This document shows, in pieces, positions 29,041-39,250 of a stretch of DNA of 64,000 nt. The position numbers and the translations under genes are program-made. This DNA is from an uncultured delta proteobacterium (GTDB lineage: Bacteria; Desulfobacterota; Binatia; UBA9968): NCBI GenBank assembly GCA_963840855.1, contig CAWJBB010000002.1:1-64000 (forward strand), read 5' to 3'. Below the pieces are notes generated by a model. The model worked only from the letters and a program-made list of their open reading frames with translations, was not told where the DNA came from and searched no databases. Every line of letters starts with the position of its first letter. Position 1 is the first letter of the stretch.

Positions 29041-30027
29041 ATGGTTCCAATTGCGAAATCGGTTGTCAGTCTACTGATTCTCGTCACTCTCACCGGTGCC
29101 TTGGGGAGCGAGGCGGGGGCGCAGAGCAGAACCAAAATCAGATACGCTTTGGGCGACGTTATCTCGATCGACGAGCTGCCGCTCTTGATCGCCGTCGAGC
29201 GAGCCAAGGCGCGGGGCGTGGACGTCGAAGTGACAGCGTTCAAGAGCGAGGAGGTGGCGACGCAAGCCGTCATCAACGGCCAAGCCGACGTCGGCCAGGG
29301 AACACCCTATGGGGCGCTGCAGCGAGTCAGCGTGCCGATCCGCTTCTTTTACCAATTGAGCGCGTTGATGTTTTTCCCAGTCGTAAACAAGGACAGCTAC
29401 AAAAGCTGGAAGGACCTGGACGGGCAGGAGATCGCCCTGCAGGGACGCGGCTCCGGGACCGAGGCAATCATGCTACTCGCTGCCAAGCAGCATGGGATCA
29501 AGTATGGCAACCTGAGTTATGTGCCGGGTTCCCAGGTGCGCGCTCTGGCGCTCTTGAAGGGCAATATCAAGGCCACGATTTTAGATGCGCCCAACAAGAA
29601 TAGGGTCATGAAGGAAGCGCCCGACAAGTTTGTCATCCTTCCCCTCGGCAACGTGAAGGCCAGCGACGAAGCGCTCTTTGCCACAAGAGAATTTCTGGAC
29701 AAGAACCAAGCGGGCATCGCGATATTCCTGGAAGAGCTAATCAAGGTCAATCGAGCGATCAACGCCAACCCGAAATGGGTCCTCGACGAGCGCAACAAGC
29801 TCGGTTTGTTAAAGGAGCTGCCGGCAAAGATGGAGGACGAGATCCTGCCCTTTTTCCAGGAAGCCGCTCAAAACGGCGTGTTCCCAAACGACGGCGGCGG
29901 TGAGAGCGCGGCAAAAAACGATCTGGAATTCTACGGTCTTTCCGGCGCGCTGAAAGGAGACAACCTCAAGGTTGAGGACTTCTGGCACTTCGCTCCGCTC
30001 AAGGCTGCGCTCGCCAGTGTGAAGTGA
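29041..30027 (+). CDS. ABC transporter substrate-binding protein (NitT/TauT)
   Basis: Signal peptide, GGAGG RBS; heads a permease/ATPase operon. Confidence 0.85.
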   Translation: MVPIAKSVVSLLILVTLTGALGSEAGAQSRTKIRYALGDVISIDELPLLIAVERAKARGVDVEVTAFKSEEVATQAVINGQADVGQGTPYGALQRVSVPIRFFYQLSALMFFPVVNKDSYKSWKDLDGQEIALQGRGSGTEAIMLLAAKQHGIKYGNLSYVPGSQVRALALLKGNIKATILDAPNKNRVMKEAPDKFVILPLGNVKASDEALFATREFLDKNQAGIAIFLEELIKVNRAINANPKWVLDERNKLGLLKELPAKMEDEILPFFQEAAQNGVFPNDGGGESAAKNDLEFYGLSGALKGDNLKVEDFWHFAPLKAALASVK

Positions 30028-30050
30028 AAAAGCCGAATGGTGCAAAAAAA

Positions 30051-30111
30051 TGTAGGGGCGACCCTATGTGGGCGCCCGTCCGAAAGGGCAGACACACAGG
30101 TCTGCCTCTAC
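30051..30111. repeat. GTAG-type REP doublet
   Basis: tgtaggggcgaccctatgtgggcgccc...gggcagacacacaggtctgcctctaca. Confidence 0.75.
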
Positions 30112-30222
30112 ATGGACGCGTCGTTCAGATCAAATTGACCTACTAGCCTACTCTAAAGCAGAGCGATCGCGATCGAGACAACGGATAAGACTTTTTTCAA
30201 TCGCCGTTCAGCAGTTGACACC

Positions 30223-30999
30223 GTGGAGCGCAATAGCTGGATCGCGAATCCGCTATTTTGGAAGCTTACCTCCCTGGCGTTGTTCTTCGGCCTGTGGGAG
30301 TTCGCTGGGCGTTGGCCGATCAGCTACGCTTTCCCGCCATTCAGCAAAACGTTCTTCGCGTTGCTCCGCATGATCGCCGACGGCAGTCTCCCTAAAGCCT
30401 ATTTGTCGACGCTTCAGCCGCTCGTGATCGGCATCGTTCTGTGCAGTATCGCCGGCATCGGCTTCGGCATCGCCATGGGGCTTTCCCGCGCCGTGGAATG
30501 GTTTAGCCTGCCCATTTTTATCATCCTGCAAGCGGCGCCGATGGCGGCCATCATCCCGCTGCTCACCTATATGTACGGGATTGGGCTCACCGCGAAAGTG
30601 CTGGCGGTGGTTGTCTTGGCGGCGCCCGTCATCGTAATGAATTCTTATAAGGGCATCCGCAATACCAATCCATCGCTGATCCAGATGTGCCGCGCGTTTT
30701 TGGGCACAAAGAAACAGGAAGTGATGAAAATCATTCTTCCCCACGCCGGCGCCTTGATCTTTGCAGGGCTGCGGCTGGGACTGGCGATGGGATTCATCGG
30801 CATCGTGATCGCCGAGCTCTTGATCACGCCGACGGGCATCGGTGATCTCATCACCTACCACAGCTCAGTGGCGGACTATCCGGAGATGTTCGCAGCGATT
30901 GCCTCTATTATCGTGTTTGCGGCCGTGACCATCCAGGCGCTCGAGCGGCTGGAGCGCAAACTCTTCCCGCCTGAAATACGAGGCGCTGACGGTGTCTGA
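30223..30999 (+). CDS. ABC transporter permease (NitT/TauT)
   Basis: Hydrophobic helices, GLRLG...IAEL motif. Confidence 0.92.
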   Translation: MERNSWIANPLFWKLTSLALFFGLWEFAGRWPISYAFPPFSKTFFALLRMIADGSLPKAYLSTLQPLVIGIVLCSIAGIGFGIAMGLSRAVEWFSLPIFIILQAAPMAAIIPLLTYMYGIGLTAKVLAVVVLAAPVIVMNSYKGIRNTNPSLIQMCRAFLGTKKQEVMKIILPHAGALIFAGLRLGLAMGFIGIVIAELLITPTGIGDLITYHSSVADYPEMFAAIASIIVFAAVTIQALERLERKLFPPEIRGADGV

Positions 31000-31756
31000 C
31001 AACGCAATCGTCGAAGTGAAGGAAGTCGGCAAGACCTACGACGGTAGCGTCGAGGCGCTTGCGAGCGTCAGCTTGGCGCTTCCGCAAGGTAGGATTTCTA
31101 CGTTTTTGGGGCCCAGCGGTTGCGGCAAGACAACGCTTCTCAAAATCATCGCGGGACTGATTTCGCCCAGCCGCGGTGAGATTTGGGTGAAGAGCAAAAA
31201 AGTGGACGGGCCCGGGCCTGAACGGGCTTTCGTTTTCCAGGACTTCGCGCTGCTTCCCTGGGCCAACGTTTTGCGCAACGTCGCGTTCGGTCTCGAACTG
31301 CGCGGCCTTGCCGCGGAGAAGCGCCACGAAATCGCCCGCAGGCATATCGCCGAGGTCGGCCTTGAGTCTTTCGCGACGAGCTATCCACATCAACTCTCGG
31401 GCGGCATGCGGCAGCGCGTCGGCCTCGCCCGCGCCCTCGCGGTGGACGCGGACATTATTCTGATGGACGAACCATTTTCTTCGGTGGATGAACAGACTCG
31501 GCGAAAATTCCAGGAGGAGCTTTTGGATCTGCTCGAGCACAAGCAAAAGACCGTCATTTTCGTTACCCATAGCATCGAAGAGGCGGCCTATCTTTCAGAT
31601 CAGATCGTTCTTCTATCACCGCGACCCGGAACGGTTACGAACATCATCCGCCCAAACATCGATCGCAAGGGACGAAGTCCGGACGAGATCCGGCGGGACA
31701 AGAATTACCTCGACGCGGTGGATGAGATATGGCAGATCCTGAAGCACTACGTTTGA
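30992..31756 (+). CDS. ABC transporter ATP-binding protein (NitT/TauT)
   Basis: GPSGCGKTT, LSGGMRQR, LMDEPF. Confidence 0.94.
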   Translation: MSDNAIVEVKEVGKTYDGSVEALASVSLALPQGRISTFLGPSGCGKTTLLKIIAGLISPSRGEIWVKSKKVDGPGPERAFVFQDFALLPWANVLRNVAFGLELRGLAAEKRHEIARRHIAEVGLESFATSYPHQLSGGMRQRVGLARALAVDADIILMDEPFSSVDEQTRRKFQEELLDLLEHKQKTVIFVTHSIEEAAYLSDQIVLLSPRPGTVTNIIRPNIDRKGRSPDEIRRDKNYLDAVDEIWQILKHYV

Positions 31757-31881
31757 GCGGGGTCAACTTGCTACGCCATACTTTGTTCTCGGTCGTCGCC
31801 GGTCCTCAACGTACTGAATGGCGTAAGTTTCCGGACGGCTCCTCCTTCGGGCCTCGTCTGGCTTGCAGTTTGCGTCCGCTC
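31755..31881. repeat. MITE-like insert within the ABC operon, related to 11294-11448
   Basis: gagcgg...ccgctc termini; internal tcaacgtactg and gcctcgtct are reverse complements of cagtacgttga and agacgaggc in the 11294 element. Confidence 0.5.
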
Positions 31882-31901
31882 GGGCGACACAGTGACCTAA
31901 G

Positions 31902-32654
31902 ATGATACTTTTCGGCAAGAGAATTCCGATCTTTTTTTCACTCGTGATCTGGTTCGTCCTCTGGGAGATCATTGGCCAGGCCAAGCTCTCGACGATCGTT
32001 CCGCCCTTTTCCCGCGTGATAGCGGCGGGAATCACGATCCTGCCAACCGAGAAGTTCAGCGCGGCGATGTTGATCTCCTTGCGCTCATTTGCGATCGGCA
32101 TGACGCTCGCGCTTCTGGTTGGAATTTCGGTCGGTGCGATCATGGCAAGAGTGGCCGGCTTGGGCAAAATCCTGGGCATGTGGGTCAATATCTTCGTCAG
32201 CGCGCCGATCTCCGCGCTGGTGCCGATCCTCATGGCGGTCATCGGCATCGGTGAAACCACCGTGGTGGTCACGGTTTTTCTCTTTGCGGTCTTCGTGATC
32301 ATTCTGGATACGGAGGTTGGGTTTAAGCAGGCGGACAGATCGCTCGTGGAAATGGCCCGCTGCTTCGGCGCTCGGCCATTGCAAATTTACACCAAGGTAC
32401 TCTTTCTCTGTGCTCTTCCTGAGATCCTCGCCGGCGTACGTCTGGGCGTTATCCGGGGTGTAAAGGGCGTAGTTATCGGACAGCTTTTAATCGCAATTCT
32501 CGGCGTCGGAGAGTTATTCGAGCTCTATTCTCAACATTTTCTCATGGAAGAATTCTGGGCTCTCGTGATCATCGTTTTTATGTTTGCCTTCGCCGTCTCC
32601 GAGGCCGTCGCAGTAATCGAGCGGCGGCTCGAATATTACGCCAGCTCGCGGTAA
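31902..32654 (+). CDS. ABC transporter permease (NitT/TauT)
   Basis: Hydrophobic; EMARCFGA EAA-like loop. Confidence 0.92.
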   Translation: MILFGKRIPIFFSLVIWFVLWEIIGQAKLSTIVPPFSRVIAAGITILPTEKFSAAMLISLRSFAIGMTLALLVGISVGAIMARVAGLGKILGMWVNIFVSAPISALVPILMAVIGIGETTVVVTVFLFAVFVIILDTEVGFKQADRSLVEMARCFGARPLQIYTKVLFLCALPEILAGVRLGVIRGVKGVVIGQLLIAILGVGELFELYSQHFLMEEFWALVIIVFMFAFAVSEAVAVIERRLEYYASSR

Positions 32655-32712
32655 TTTCTATGGGAGCTAGCCTGAAGTTGGTGGTCTCCCAATCGCGTTA
32701 CACAATTCAATC

Positions 32713-32800
32713 GTCATTCCGGGCAAGCTGGCGACAGCTAGCGCGACCCGGAATCCAGGAAATGCAATTGCGTCTGGATGCCCTCTTCCGCGGGCATGAC
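32713..32800. repeat. REP-like palindrome (22429 family)
   Basis: gtcattccgggcaagctggcgacagctagcgcgacccggaatccagg...ctggatg...cgcgggcatgac. Confidence 0.8.
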
Positions 32801-32857
32801 CAAGAAAAGTTGTTTTGCAAATTGCAAGACTGGTCTTTGAAAAAGAAAGGTAAACTT

Positions 32858-33631
32858 ATGATTACTCCTTCGTTACGAAATGATCTCGCGCCGGCGGGAA
32901 AGCTGCGCGTCGGCATCAACTATGCCAACCCGGTACTGGCGCGGAGAGACCCGGCCAGTGGAGCGCTTCATGGCGTGGCGCCCGATCTGGGGCGGGAACT
33001 CGGCCAGCGTATCGGCGTCCCGACCGAACTTGTCGGCTTCGAGTCCGCGGGGAAGATGTTCGACGCTCTGAAAGCCGGCGCCTGGGATGTCGCGTTTCTC
33101 GCCATCGATCCGGAGCGCGCGGGTGAAATTGATTTCACCGCGCCCTATGTAGAAATCGAAGGGACCTATCTCGTGCCCACGGGGTCGCCGCTGCGCACGG
33201 TCGCGGACGTAGATCGCGAGGGAATACGCGTTGGCGCGTCGGCTGGCAGCGCGTATGATTTGTTTCTGACCCGGAATCTTCAACGCGCTCAACTGGTGCG
33301 GGCGGCGAGCCCCGACGCCGCCTTCGAGCTGATCGTCTCTGGCAAGGTCGACGTGCTTGGCGGCGTGCGGCAACATCTTGTCGCCAACGCCGCGAAGCTT
33401 CCCGGATCGCGTGTCTTCGACGACCGCTTCATGGCGATACAACAGGCGCTGGGGATTCCAAAAGGTCGCGAGCAGGGCGCAAAGTACCTGCGCGATTTCA
33501 TCGAGGACGTGAAAGCTTCGGGATTCGTCGCGCGAGCAATCGAAAACGCCGGCGTTCGCGGTGTAACCGTACCGCGCTCCCTTCTTTCTCCTTCCCCGCG
33601 TGCGGGGAAGGATGAAGGAGGAGGATCTTGA
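32858..33631 (+). CDS. Polar amino-acid-type substrate-binding domain protein (SBP_bac_3)
   Basis: LAPAGKLRVGINYAN, WDVAFLAIDPER, GSAYDLFL; start re-called at 32858. Confidence 0.88.
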   Translation: MITPSLRNDLAPAGKLRVGINYANPVLARRDPASGALHGVAPDLGRELGQRIGVPTELVGFESAGKMFDALKAGAWDVAFLAIDPERAGEIDFTAPYVEIEGTYLVPTGSPLRTVADVDREGIRVGASAGSAYDLFLTRNLQRAQLVRAASPDAAFELIVSGKVDVLGGVRQHLVANAAKLPGSRVFDDRFMAIQQALGIPKGREQGAKYLRDFIEDVKASGFVARAIENAGVRGVTVPRSLLSPSPRAGKDEGGGS

Positions 33632-33662
33632 AGCAGTTCGACGAAAAGAACGAGAGTGAACG

Positions 33663-35183
33663 TTACGCTTTCGGTTTGTAAATATAGCCGTACGTCAGGT
33701 TGCTGCGGTCAGCGCCGTTATTCTGGTAATCCTCTTTGAGCTGAGCGAAGCGGTCGTTTTCAAGCGCTGAGCGTTGCCCGGGCGTGAATTTGTAAAGCCG
33801 CGCGTTGTTTTCGCCAAGGATTGCCCGTTTGGCCGGTCCGTCCGCTGGACCTAACGGCTTGAAGCCGAACTTCTTCTGCATATCGTCGGGAATCTCTAGG
33901 CGGCGCAGTGCTTCAATTTGCCACTGCGGCGAGCCGGTCCAGACCGCGTCCGAACCCCACACCACATGATCGGCGCCAAGACCTTTCACTAGGGTCCCCA
34001 TCATGAACGCGCAAACCCGCGGATCGGCCATGGTGCTCTGGGCGAAGATCTGCCCAAGGTCGCCGTACACGTTCTTGACGCCAAATTGCTCGGGGATTTC
34101 TGCGAGATCGTTCACCCACTCCACGCGCCCGGTGCGGTTTAGCTGCTCCCAGGCCATTTCTGCCGTGCCCCCGCCCGCCCAGCGGTAGGCGGAATGATAA
34201 ATGATAAAGTTAAGCTGCGGCCAGTCTTTGGCTGCCTTGCCCACGTCGCCGACGTGACAATAGCCGACCAGATGCGGAAATTGCCGTTCCACGGACGGCG
34301 GGAACAGACCCTTGTGTATGCAAACGTTTACGACACCAGGATGGTCCTTGCTCCACTTGACGAGCCGCTCATAGAATGGGTACATGATTTTCTCATCATC
34401 AAGGCGGTATGGATGCTTGGATAAGTTCTTGTTGGTGTTATCGCCGATCGTGTAACCCTTCCATGAATCGGGCTTGAGTTTTTCCATCTCTTCATCGACT
34501 TTGTCGAGCCAGCCCGGCCAACCCGGCGTCATAATTCCGTGGGAGAACATCCGCTTGGTGCCGGCTTCCTTGTTGACTTTGGCGCGCGCGTCGAACTTCA
34601 TCTGGTTGGTGAGGAACCAATCGCGCGGCTCCTCGGATGGCGAGCCGCTGATGCACGCCACTTGCGTGTCGCTGTCGAGAAATACTTCTTTGAAGTAATT
34701 GGCAAACTTGAGGTCCTCGACGGTTTGCGGTTTACCTACAAGAGCAGGGTTCCAACCGGCCTTGCCCACTGATTCGCGCTGGCGCACGAAGCCGGTATTG
34801 CGTGTGTCGTCGCGCAAAAAATGGGTGTGCATGTCCATGACGAATTGCTTGGACAGCGTCTTCGCGCGCTCGCCCGCCATTTCCGGAATGGCGGCCTCGG
34901 CCCGGCTGACTTCGTACAGCGGACCGTGAGTATCGTTCATAGCGACAAAGGCCGCCGCCATGCCGGCCGCGGTTTTAAAGAACGCGCGCCGGCTCATGCC
35001 TTGATGACGCGCCAGCTCGCTGCCGTATGCTTTGATGCGCGCCTCAAACTCGCGCTGCTTTTCCGTCTGCGGCGCCGGCATGAACTCATCGCTGGACACC
35101 GACTGGGTGGGGATGGGTGAGGGAAAAGCCGATGTCTCCGCGGGCAACACCTGTTCTAGTTCTTCAGCGCTGAGAAATCCCAT
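33663..35183 (-). CDS. Amidohydrolase family protein with internal twin-arginine motif
   Basis: DMHTH, CIHKG, IIYHS, WGSDAVWTGSPQWQIEALRR; SRRAFFK at about residue 63. Confidence 0.88.
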   Translation of the reverse strand: MGFLSAEELEQVLPAETSAFPSPIPTQSVSSDEFMPAPQTEKQREFEARIKAYGSELARHQGMSRRAFFKTAAGMAAAFVAMNDTHGPLYEVSRAEAAIPEMAGERAKTLSKQFVMDMHTHFLRDDTRNTGFVRQRESVGKAGWNPALVGKPQTVEDLKFANYFKEVFLDSDTQVACISGSPSEEPRDWFLTNQMKFDARAKVNKEAGTKRMFSHGIMTPGWPGWLDKVDEEMEKLKPDSWKGYTIGDNTNKNLSKHPYRLDDEKIMYPFYERLVKWSKDHPGVVNVCIHKGLFPPSVERQFPHLVGYCHVGDVGKAAKDWPQLNFIIYHSAYRWAGGGTAEMAWEQLNRTGRVEWVNDLAEIPEQFGVKNVYGDLGQIFAQSTMADPRVCAFMMGTLVKGLGADHVVWGSDAVWTGSPQWQIEALRRLEIPDDMQKKFGFKPLGPADGPAKRAILGENNARLYKFTPGQRSALENDRFAQLKEDYQNNGADRSNLTYGYIYKPKA

Positions 35184-35399
35184 AAGGACCTCCTTATTAT
35201 ATGTTTGGTGGCGTACCGGAAAGACGGCCAGACAATAGGTCAACTGTGGGTCGAAGGTCAAGACGAGGCGGCAATCGTGCCCGTGCTCGGATGAACACGA
35301 ATCACCCTTCGAAATTGCCCTAGTTGCCCTCTCTCACCCCTCTCCCGCGAGCGGGACGGGGTGAGGGCTGCCAAGAGGTCAAGCGCGATAACGGCTTCA

Positions 35400-37112
35400 T
35401 CAATGCGACAGGCCGAACGCGCTGATATCGCCGCCGGAGAAAAAAGTTCCGATGATATTGCCGCGGCTGATCGGCAGATCGAGATGCGACGGGTGCGATT
35501 CATCGTGATGAACGGTGATGCGCAACGGTCGCGGGCGGCGCAAGTGGTTGCGCGCTAGCGCCTGCAAGGAATTTGCCGCCGGCTCGTCGTCCGCGCCTTT
35601 GATGCGAAGGGCGATGCGCTCCCCCGCCTGGAACAAACGCGCGGTCGCCACGATCGGAATCTTTAGCTCGTAAATTTTACCCGGCTCGAGCGGCTCCCTC
35701 GATTCATGAGCCTGAATCGGCTCCCACGGCTTGCTATCCTCGCGCAATCTGCGCTGTGAGGCGCGCAGCCAACCGCGCGTGAGTTCATGCTCTCTATTGT
35801 CGCGGTCGATTAGCAGCAAGGTCGCGAACAAGAGCGCGTCTGTGTCGGTCGTCGACAGGTACAAAGTCAGAACGCTTGGCCCCAACACTTCGGTATTTTC
35901 AACCAACGGGGGCGTTGCGTAGACGAGCGCACCATGCTCGAAGCTCGATTCGTCAAAAGAGTCCGAACCCTCGGCGGGCCAAAGCTCGTGCTCGCTGAGG
36001 ATGCCATCCTTGTGCAAATAAAAAGTCGTCCAGCGCGCCTCGGTGGGCGGCCAGTCGTCCAACGATTTCCACTTGCCCGTGGGCGGAATGAAGCAGCGGA
36101 TCGGCGGCTCGTTCATAATGCCGGTGTCGATGCCCTTGAGCCAATAGTCGAACCAGCGCAGGGATTCGTCCTGATACTGATACACCGGACGGTCAAGATA
36201 GATCGGCGGGCCGATGACCATTTTCTTCGGACCTTGCCACTCATTCCACGCGGTAAATGCGCCCGGCAGGTGCAACCCATAGTTGCCCCAGCAGGCGCCG
36301 AGAAACGCCGGAATCTTGCCATCGGAATCATTGGCGCTGCGCTCGCGCCAGAACGGTCCGTCGAAGGGCTGGAGCAACATATCGACGATCAATGCATTGG
36401 TTCCCGCGCCGGGATTTTGTAGAGCCTCGCGCAATCCCGGCACGGCCACGATCTCTTCGTCGCGCATGGCTTGGGCGATAGCTTCTTGGTAGGCCGCTTC
36501 GCCATGCTGCTCTTTGTAGAGGCTCCGATAGTTGGGACGGTGCAGGCTATTGCGCCAATGGGTGATAAAGCCATGGGCTAAAATTCCGCCGTGGTAACAG
36601 CGATGGCGGTAGTCGTCGGTGCCGGCGAAGGGCGAGAAAATTGCCTTCAACGGCTGTGCTCCCGCCGCGGCGACGGCCTTGGCGAGCCTCGCATAATAGG
36701 ACACGCCGAACATGCCGATGCCGCCATTGCTCCACGGTTGCGCTGCCAACCAGTCGATGAGATGGCAGATATCCTGGACTTCAAGGGGGCCCATAAGTTG
36801 ATAGAAGCCCTCGGACTTGCCGCTGCCCCGGGAATTGAATACGGCGTGAACGTATCCGCGGCGCGCAAAGAAAGTCGAATCGCCGCTTTCCATGTAGCCG
36901 CGCAGCGGCGTGAAGCCCACGGGACGCATGGCCGGCGACTGGAGATCCTTATTGTAGGCATGCGCGCCGAGAATCACCGGAAATCTTTCATTCGATGCGG
37001 GGCGATAAATATTACCGTCGAGCAAGGTGCCGTCCGGCATGCGGACTTTTACGTCCCGGTCAACAATGACGTCATAGTGCCGTTCCGACGTGGACCACTT
37101 GGTTGTGAACAT
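35400..37112 (-). CDS. CocE/NonD family serine hydrolase
   Basis: MPDG, RGSGKSEG, QPWSNGGIGMFGVSYY, RWFDYWLKG, RGWLRASQR. Confidence 0.93.
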   Translation of the reverse strand: MFTTKWSTSERHYDVIVDRDVKVRMPDGTLLDGNIYRPASNERFPVILGAHAYNKDLQSPAMRPVGFTPLRGYMESGDSTFFARRGYVHAVFNSRGSGKSEGFYQLMGPLEVQDICHLIDWLAAQPWSNGGIGMFGVSYYARLAKAVAAAGAQPLKAIFSPFAGTDDYRHRCYHGGILAHGFITHWRNSLHRPNYRSLYKEQHGEAAYQEAIAQAMRDEEIVAVPGLREALQNPGAGTNALIVDMLLQPFDGPFWRERSANDSDGKIPAFLGACWGNYGLHLPGAFTAWNEWQGPKKMVIGPPIYLDRPVYQYQDESLRWFDYWLKGIDTGIMNEPPIRCFIPPTGKWKSLDDWPPTEARWTTFYLHKDGILSEHELWPAEGSDSFDESSFEHGALVYATPPLVENTEVLGPSVLTLYLSTTDTDALLFATLLLIDRDNREHELTRGWLRASQRRLREDSKPWEPIQAHESREPLEPGKIYELKIPIVATARLFQAGERIALRIKGADDEPAANSLQALARNHLRRPRPLRITVHHDESHPSHLDLPISRGNIIGTFFSGGDISAFGLSH

Positions 37113-37187
37113 GTCCGCTGTTTATCCTCCGCCGATGATGACTTACTCCATGCTCGACGGAATGTCTAGCAGCCTCTTAACAACTCG

Positions 37188-37289
37188 GCGTTCAATGTTC
37201 AATGTTCAAAGTTCAAGGTGGACAGCCGAAGATGCGGACCTCCCCGCTTCTGAAATTCAGGGATCGAAAACGTTGAACGTTAAACCTTG
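37188..37289. repeat. GTTCAAN heptamer inverted repeat, right arm interrupted by IS and continued at 38398-38422
   Basis: gttcaatgttcaatgttcaaagttcaag ... gttgaacgttaaaccttg|IS|aacattgaac cggcgcacagcgccg. Confidence 0.8.
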
Positions 37290-38389
37290 GGTTCAGACAA
37301 GGAAATTTGGTTGAAAGCTAAACGGAATTTCTCCGTGTTTTTGGATACTTTGCCCGTTAATCTGTGTGTAGTTCGCGTGCATGCATTCATGGCACGCGAA
37401 CTCCTGTTGTTGCAGAGCCAAGATTTATCACTTCGGTTCTCGACGTCGTCAGTGCAGTCAGTGCAAGCGAACGTGGAGAATCCGCAAGAAACGGCGTGGC
37501 CGCAAGCCTCAGCGAGCGCGTCCTCGATCTCTGCAAGCAGTGTTTGTGGACGGACGCACACTCAAAACTCTCGCTCCACGCTATGGCCTTACCCCTCAAG
37601 GGTTGAGTTGGCGGTTTCGTCGATCTCTGCGGCAGTTCATATCGCGATCTCGAGAATTGCGCTTGCCAAGAGGACCTTTGGTTTTGATCTTGGACGGACT
37701 TTATTTCCGATTTCGAGGGAAAGATTGGGTTTTGTATGTGATGGCGCTCAAGCCGTGCCATCAAAATCGAGCCGTCTTCCTCGATCCTGTGCTCCAGCCA
37801 GGCAGAGAGAACATGCGGGGTTGGTCTCACGCATTCACAACGATTCCCCCCTCTATACACAGACGGATCCGGGCTTCGGTCTCCGACGAGATTTCCGGAA
37901 TTATAAAACTCGGCACAAGCCATGGCTGGATCGTTCAACTCTGCCATTTTCATCTCATCAGCCGATTGCAGAACTGCCGAGGCCAACGAAATCGCAGATT
38001 GCATGGCAGACCCCTGCGCGAGGCGCTCTACCAACTTACCCGCCAAGCTCTCGAACTCCCCGATGGTTCCCGGCTCCAAACCGTGCTCACTCAGCTCAAG
38101 GATCGCCTTCGCCAAGCAACACGACTGCGCGTCCTGCGCATGATTGTTCGAGAGTTTCTCAGGCGGATCGACCATTTCAGAGCCTATCGCAAATACCCAA
38201 AATTGAATCTGCCAACTACTACGGGCAGCGTAGAAGCGATGAACCGACGAATTCGTGATTTGATGCGCCAAACTCGAAGCATTAGTAGCCCCCAAACTTT
38301 ACAGCTGTGGGCAACTGCTCTGATCCGCACTCGTCCAATGGTCATATGCAATGGCAAAAAATTTTCAACCAAATAAACTTGTCTGTACC
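37290..38389 (+). mobile_element. Compact IS256-like insertion sequence (1100 bp)
   Basis: 27-bp TIR ggttcagacaaggaaatttggttgaaa / tttcaaccaaataaacttgtctgtacc (4 mismatches); 8-bp TSD AAACCTTG at 37282-89 and 38390-97. Confidence 0.92.
37381..38376 (+). CDS. DDE transposase (IS256/Mutator-like) with N-terminal Cys cluster
   Basis: LILDG, VSDE, QLCHFH, TTGSVEAMN; fills the TIR-bounded element. Confidence 0.85.
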   Translation: MHSWHANSCCCRAKIYHFGSRRRQCSQCKRTWRIRKKRRGRKPQRARPRSLQAVFVDGRTLKTLAPRYGLTPQGLSWRFRRSLRQFISRSRELRLPRGPLVLILDGLYFRFRGKDWVLYVMALKPCHQNRAVFLDPVLQPGRENMRGWSHAFTTIPPSIHRRIRASVSDEISGIIKLGTSHGWIVQLCHFHLISRLQNCRGQRNRRLHGRPLREALYQLTRQALELPDGSRLQTVLTQLKDRLRQATRLRVLRMIVREFLRRIDHFRAYRKYPKLNLPTTTGSVEAMNRRIRDLMRQTRSISSPQTLQLWATALIRTRPMVICNGKKFSTK

Positions 38390-38426
38390 AAACCTTGAAC
38401 ATTGAACCGGCGCACAGCGCCGCGCG

Positions 38427-38455
38427 TTGACTTAAAACGAGTGTTTTTGTACGCT
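38427..38455 (+). promoter_or_regulatory. Putative sigma70 promoter for SDR gene
   Basis: TTGACT-N17-TACGCT, 10 bp before ATG 38466 (near-leaderless). Confidence 0.4.
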
Positions 38456-38465
38456 CGCGCCCACG

Positions 38466-39236
38466 ATGGCAAGTGATGATCAACGACCCGCTGCGCTGGT
38501 GACCGGTGCGGCCACGGGTATTGGCCGGTGCGCCGCCGTGGCGCTGGCGAAAAATGGTTACAACGTGGTCGTCAATTTTAGCCGCAGCGAGGAGGCGGCG
38601 AAGTTCACTGCGCGCGAATGCACGAGCGCGGGCGCGCGCACGTTGCTCGTCCGCTGCGATGTCAGGGACGAAGCCTCTGTGCGCGCCATGCTGGCGGCGA
38701 CGGAAAAAGAGTTCGGCCGGCTCGATGTGCTGATCAATAACGCGGGCACCACCGTGAATGTGGAGCCGAAAAACTTGGAAGGCATGACGGTGGAAGACTG
38801 GAATCGCGTTTTTAACGTCAACGTGCTGGGTGTATTCCTGGTTAGCCGGGCGGCAGCGCCGCTGCTGAAAAAATCGCCCAACGGTTGCATCGTCAACACT
38901 TGCAGCATCGCCGGCCTGAGACCGAGCGCACAACCTCTGCCTTACGCCGCGAGCAAGGCCGCCGTGGCTAACCTGACGAAGACGCTTGCCAACGCGCTGG
39001 GACCGCAGATCCGGGTCAACGCGGTGGCGCCCGGCTGGATCGAGGGCGACTGGATGAAGCGGACCTTGGCGGAAAACTATGAAGGGCTGATGGCGCGCCG
39101 CGCAAAATATACCCCGCTCAAGCGCTGCTGCACGGAGGATGATGTCGCCGACAGCATGCTGAGTCTGATATTGCACAACCGCTTCGTCACCGGCGAGATC
39201 ATTATTATCGACGGTGGATTTTCCAGCACCACATAA
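38466..39236 (+). CDS. SDR family oxidoreductase
   Basis: TGAATGIG, NNAG, YAASK, VNAVAPG. Confidence 0.95.
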   Translation: MASDDQRPAALVTGAATGIGRCAAVALAKNGYNVVVNFSRSEEAAKFTARECTSAGARTLLVRCDVRDEASVRAMLAATEKEFGRLDVLINNAGTTVNVEPKNLEGMTVEDWNRVFNVNVLGVFLVSRAAAPLLKKSPNGCIVNTCSIAGLRPSAQPLPYAASKAAVANLTKTLANALGPQIRVNAVAPGWIEGDWMKRTLAENYEGLMARRAKYTPLKRCCTEDDVADSMLSLILHNRFVTGEIIIIDGGFSSTT

Positions 39237-39250
39237 AAAATAAAAAATAC

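Noticed and set aside
37287-38295. Long overlapping ORFs (323 aa plus strand, 302 aa minus strand) in the IS256-like element
   Set aside because: No motifs; only the 37381 frame has DDE residues.
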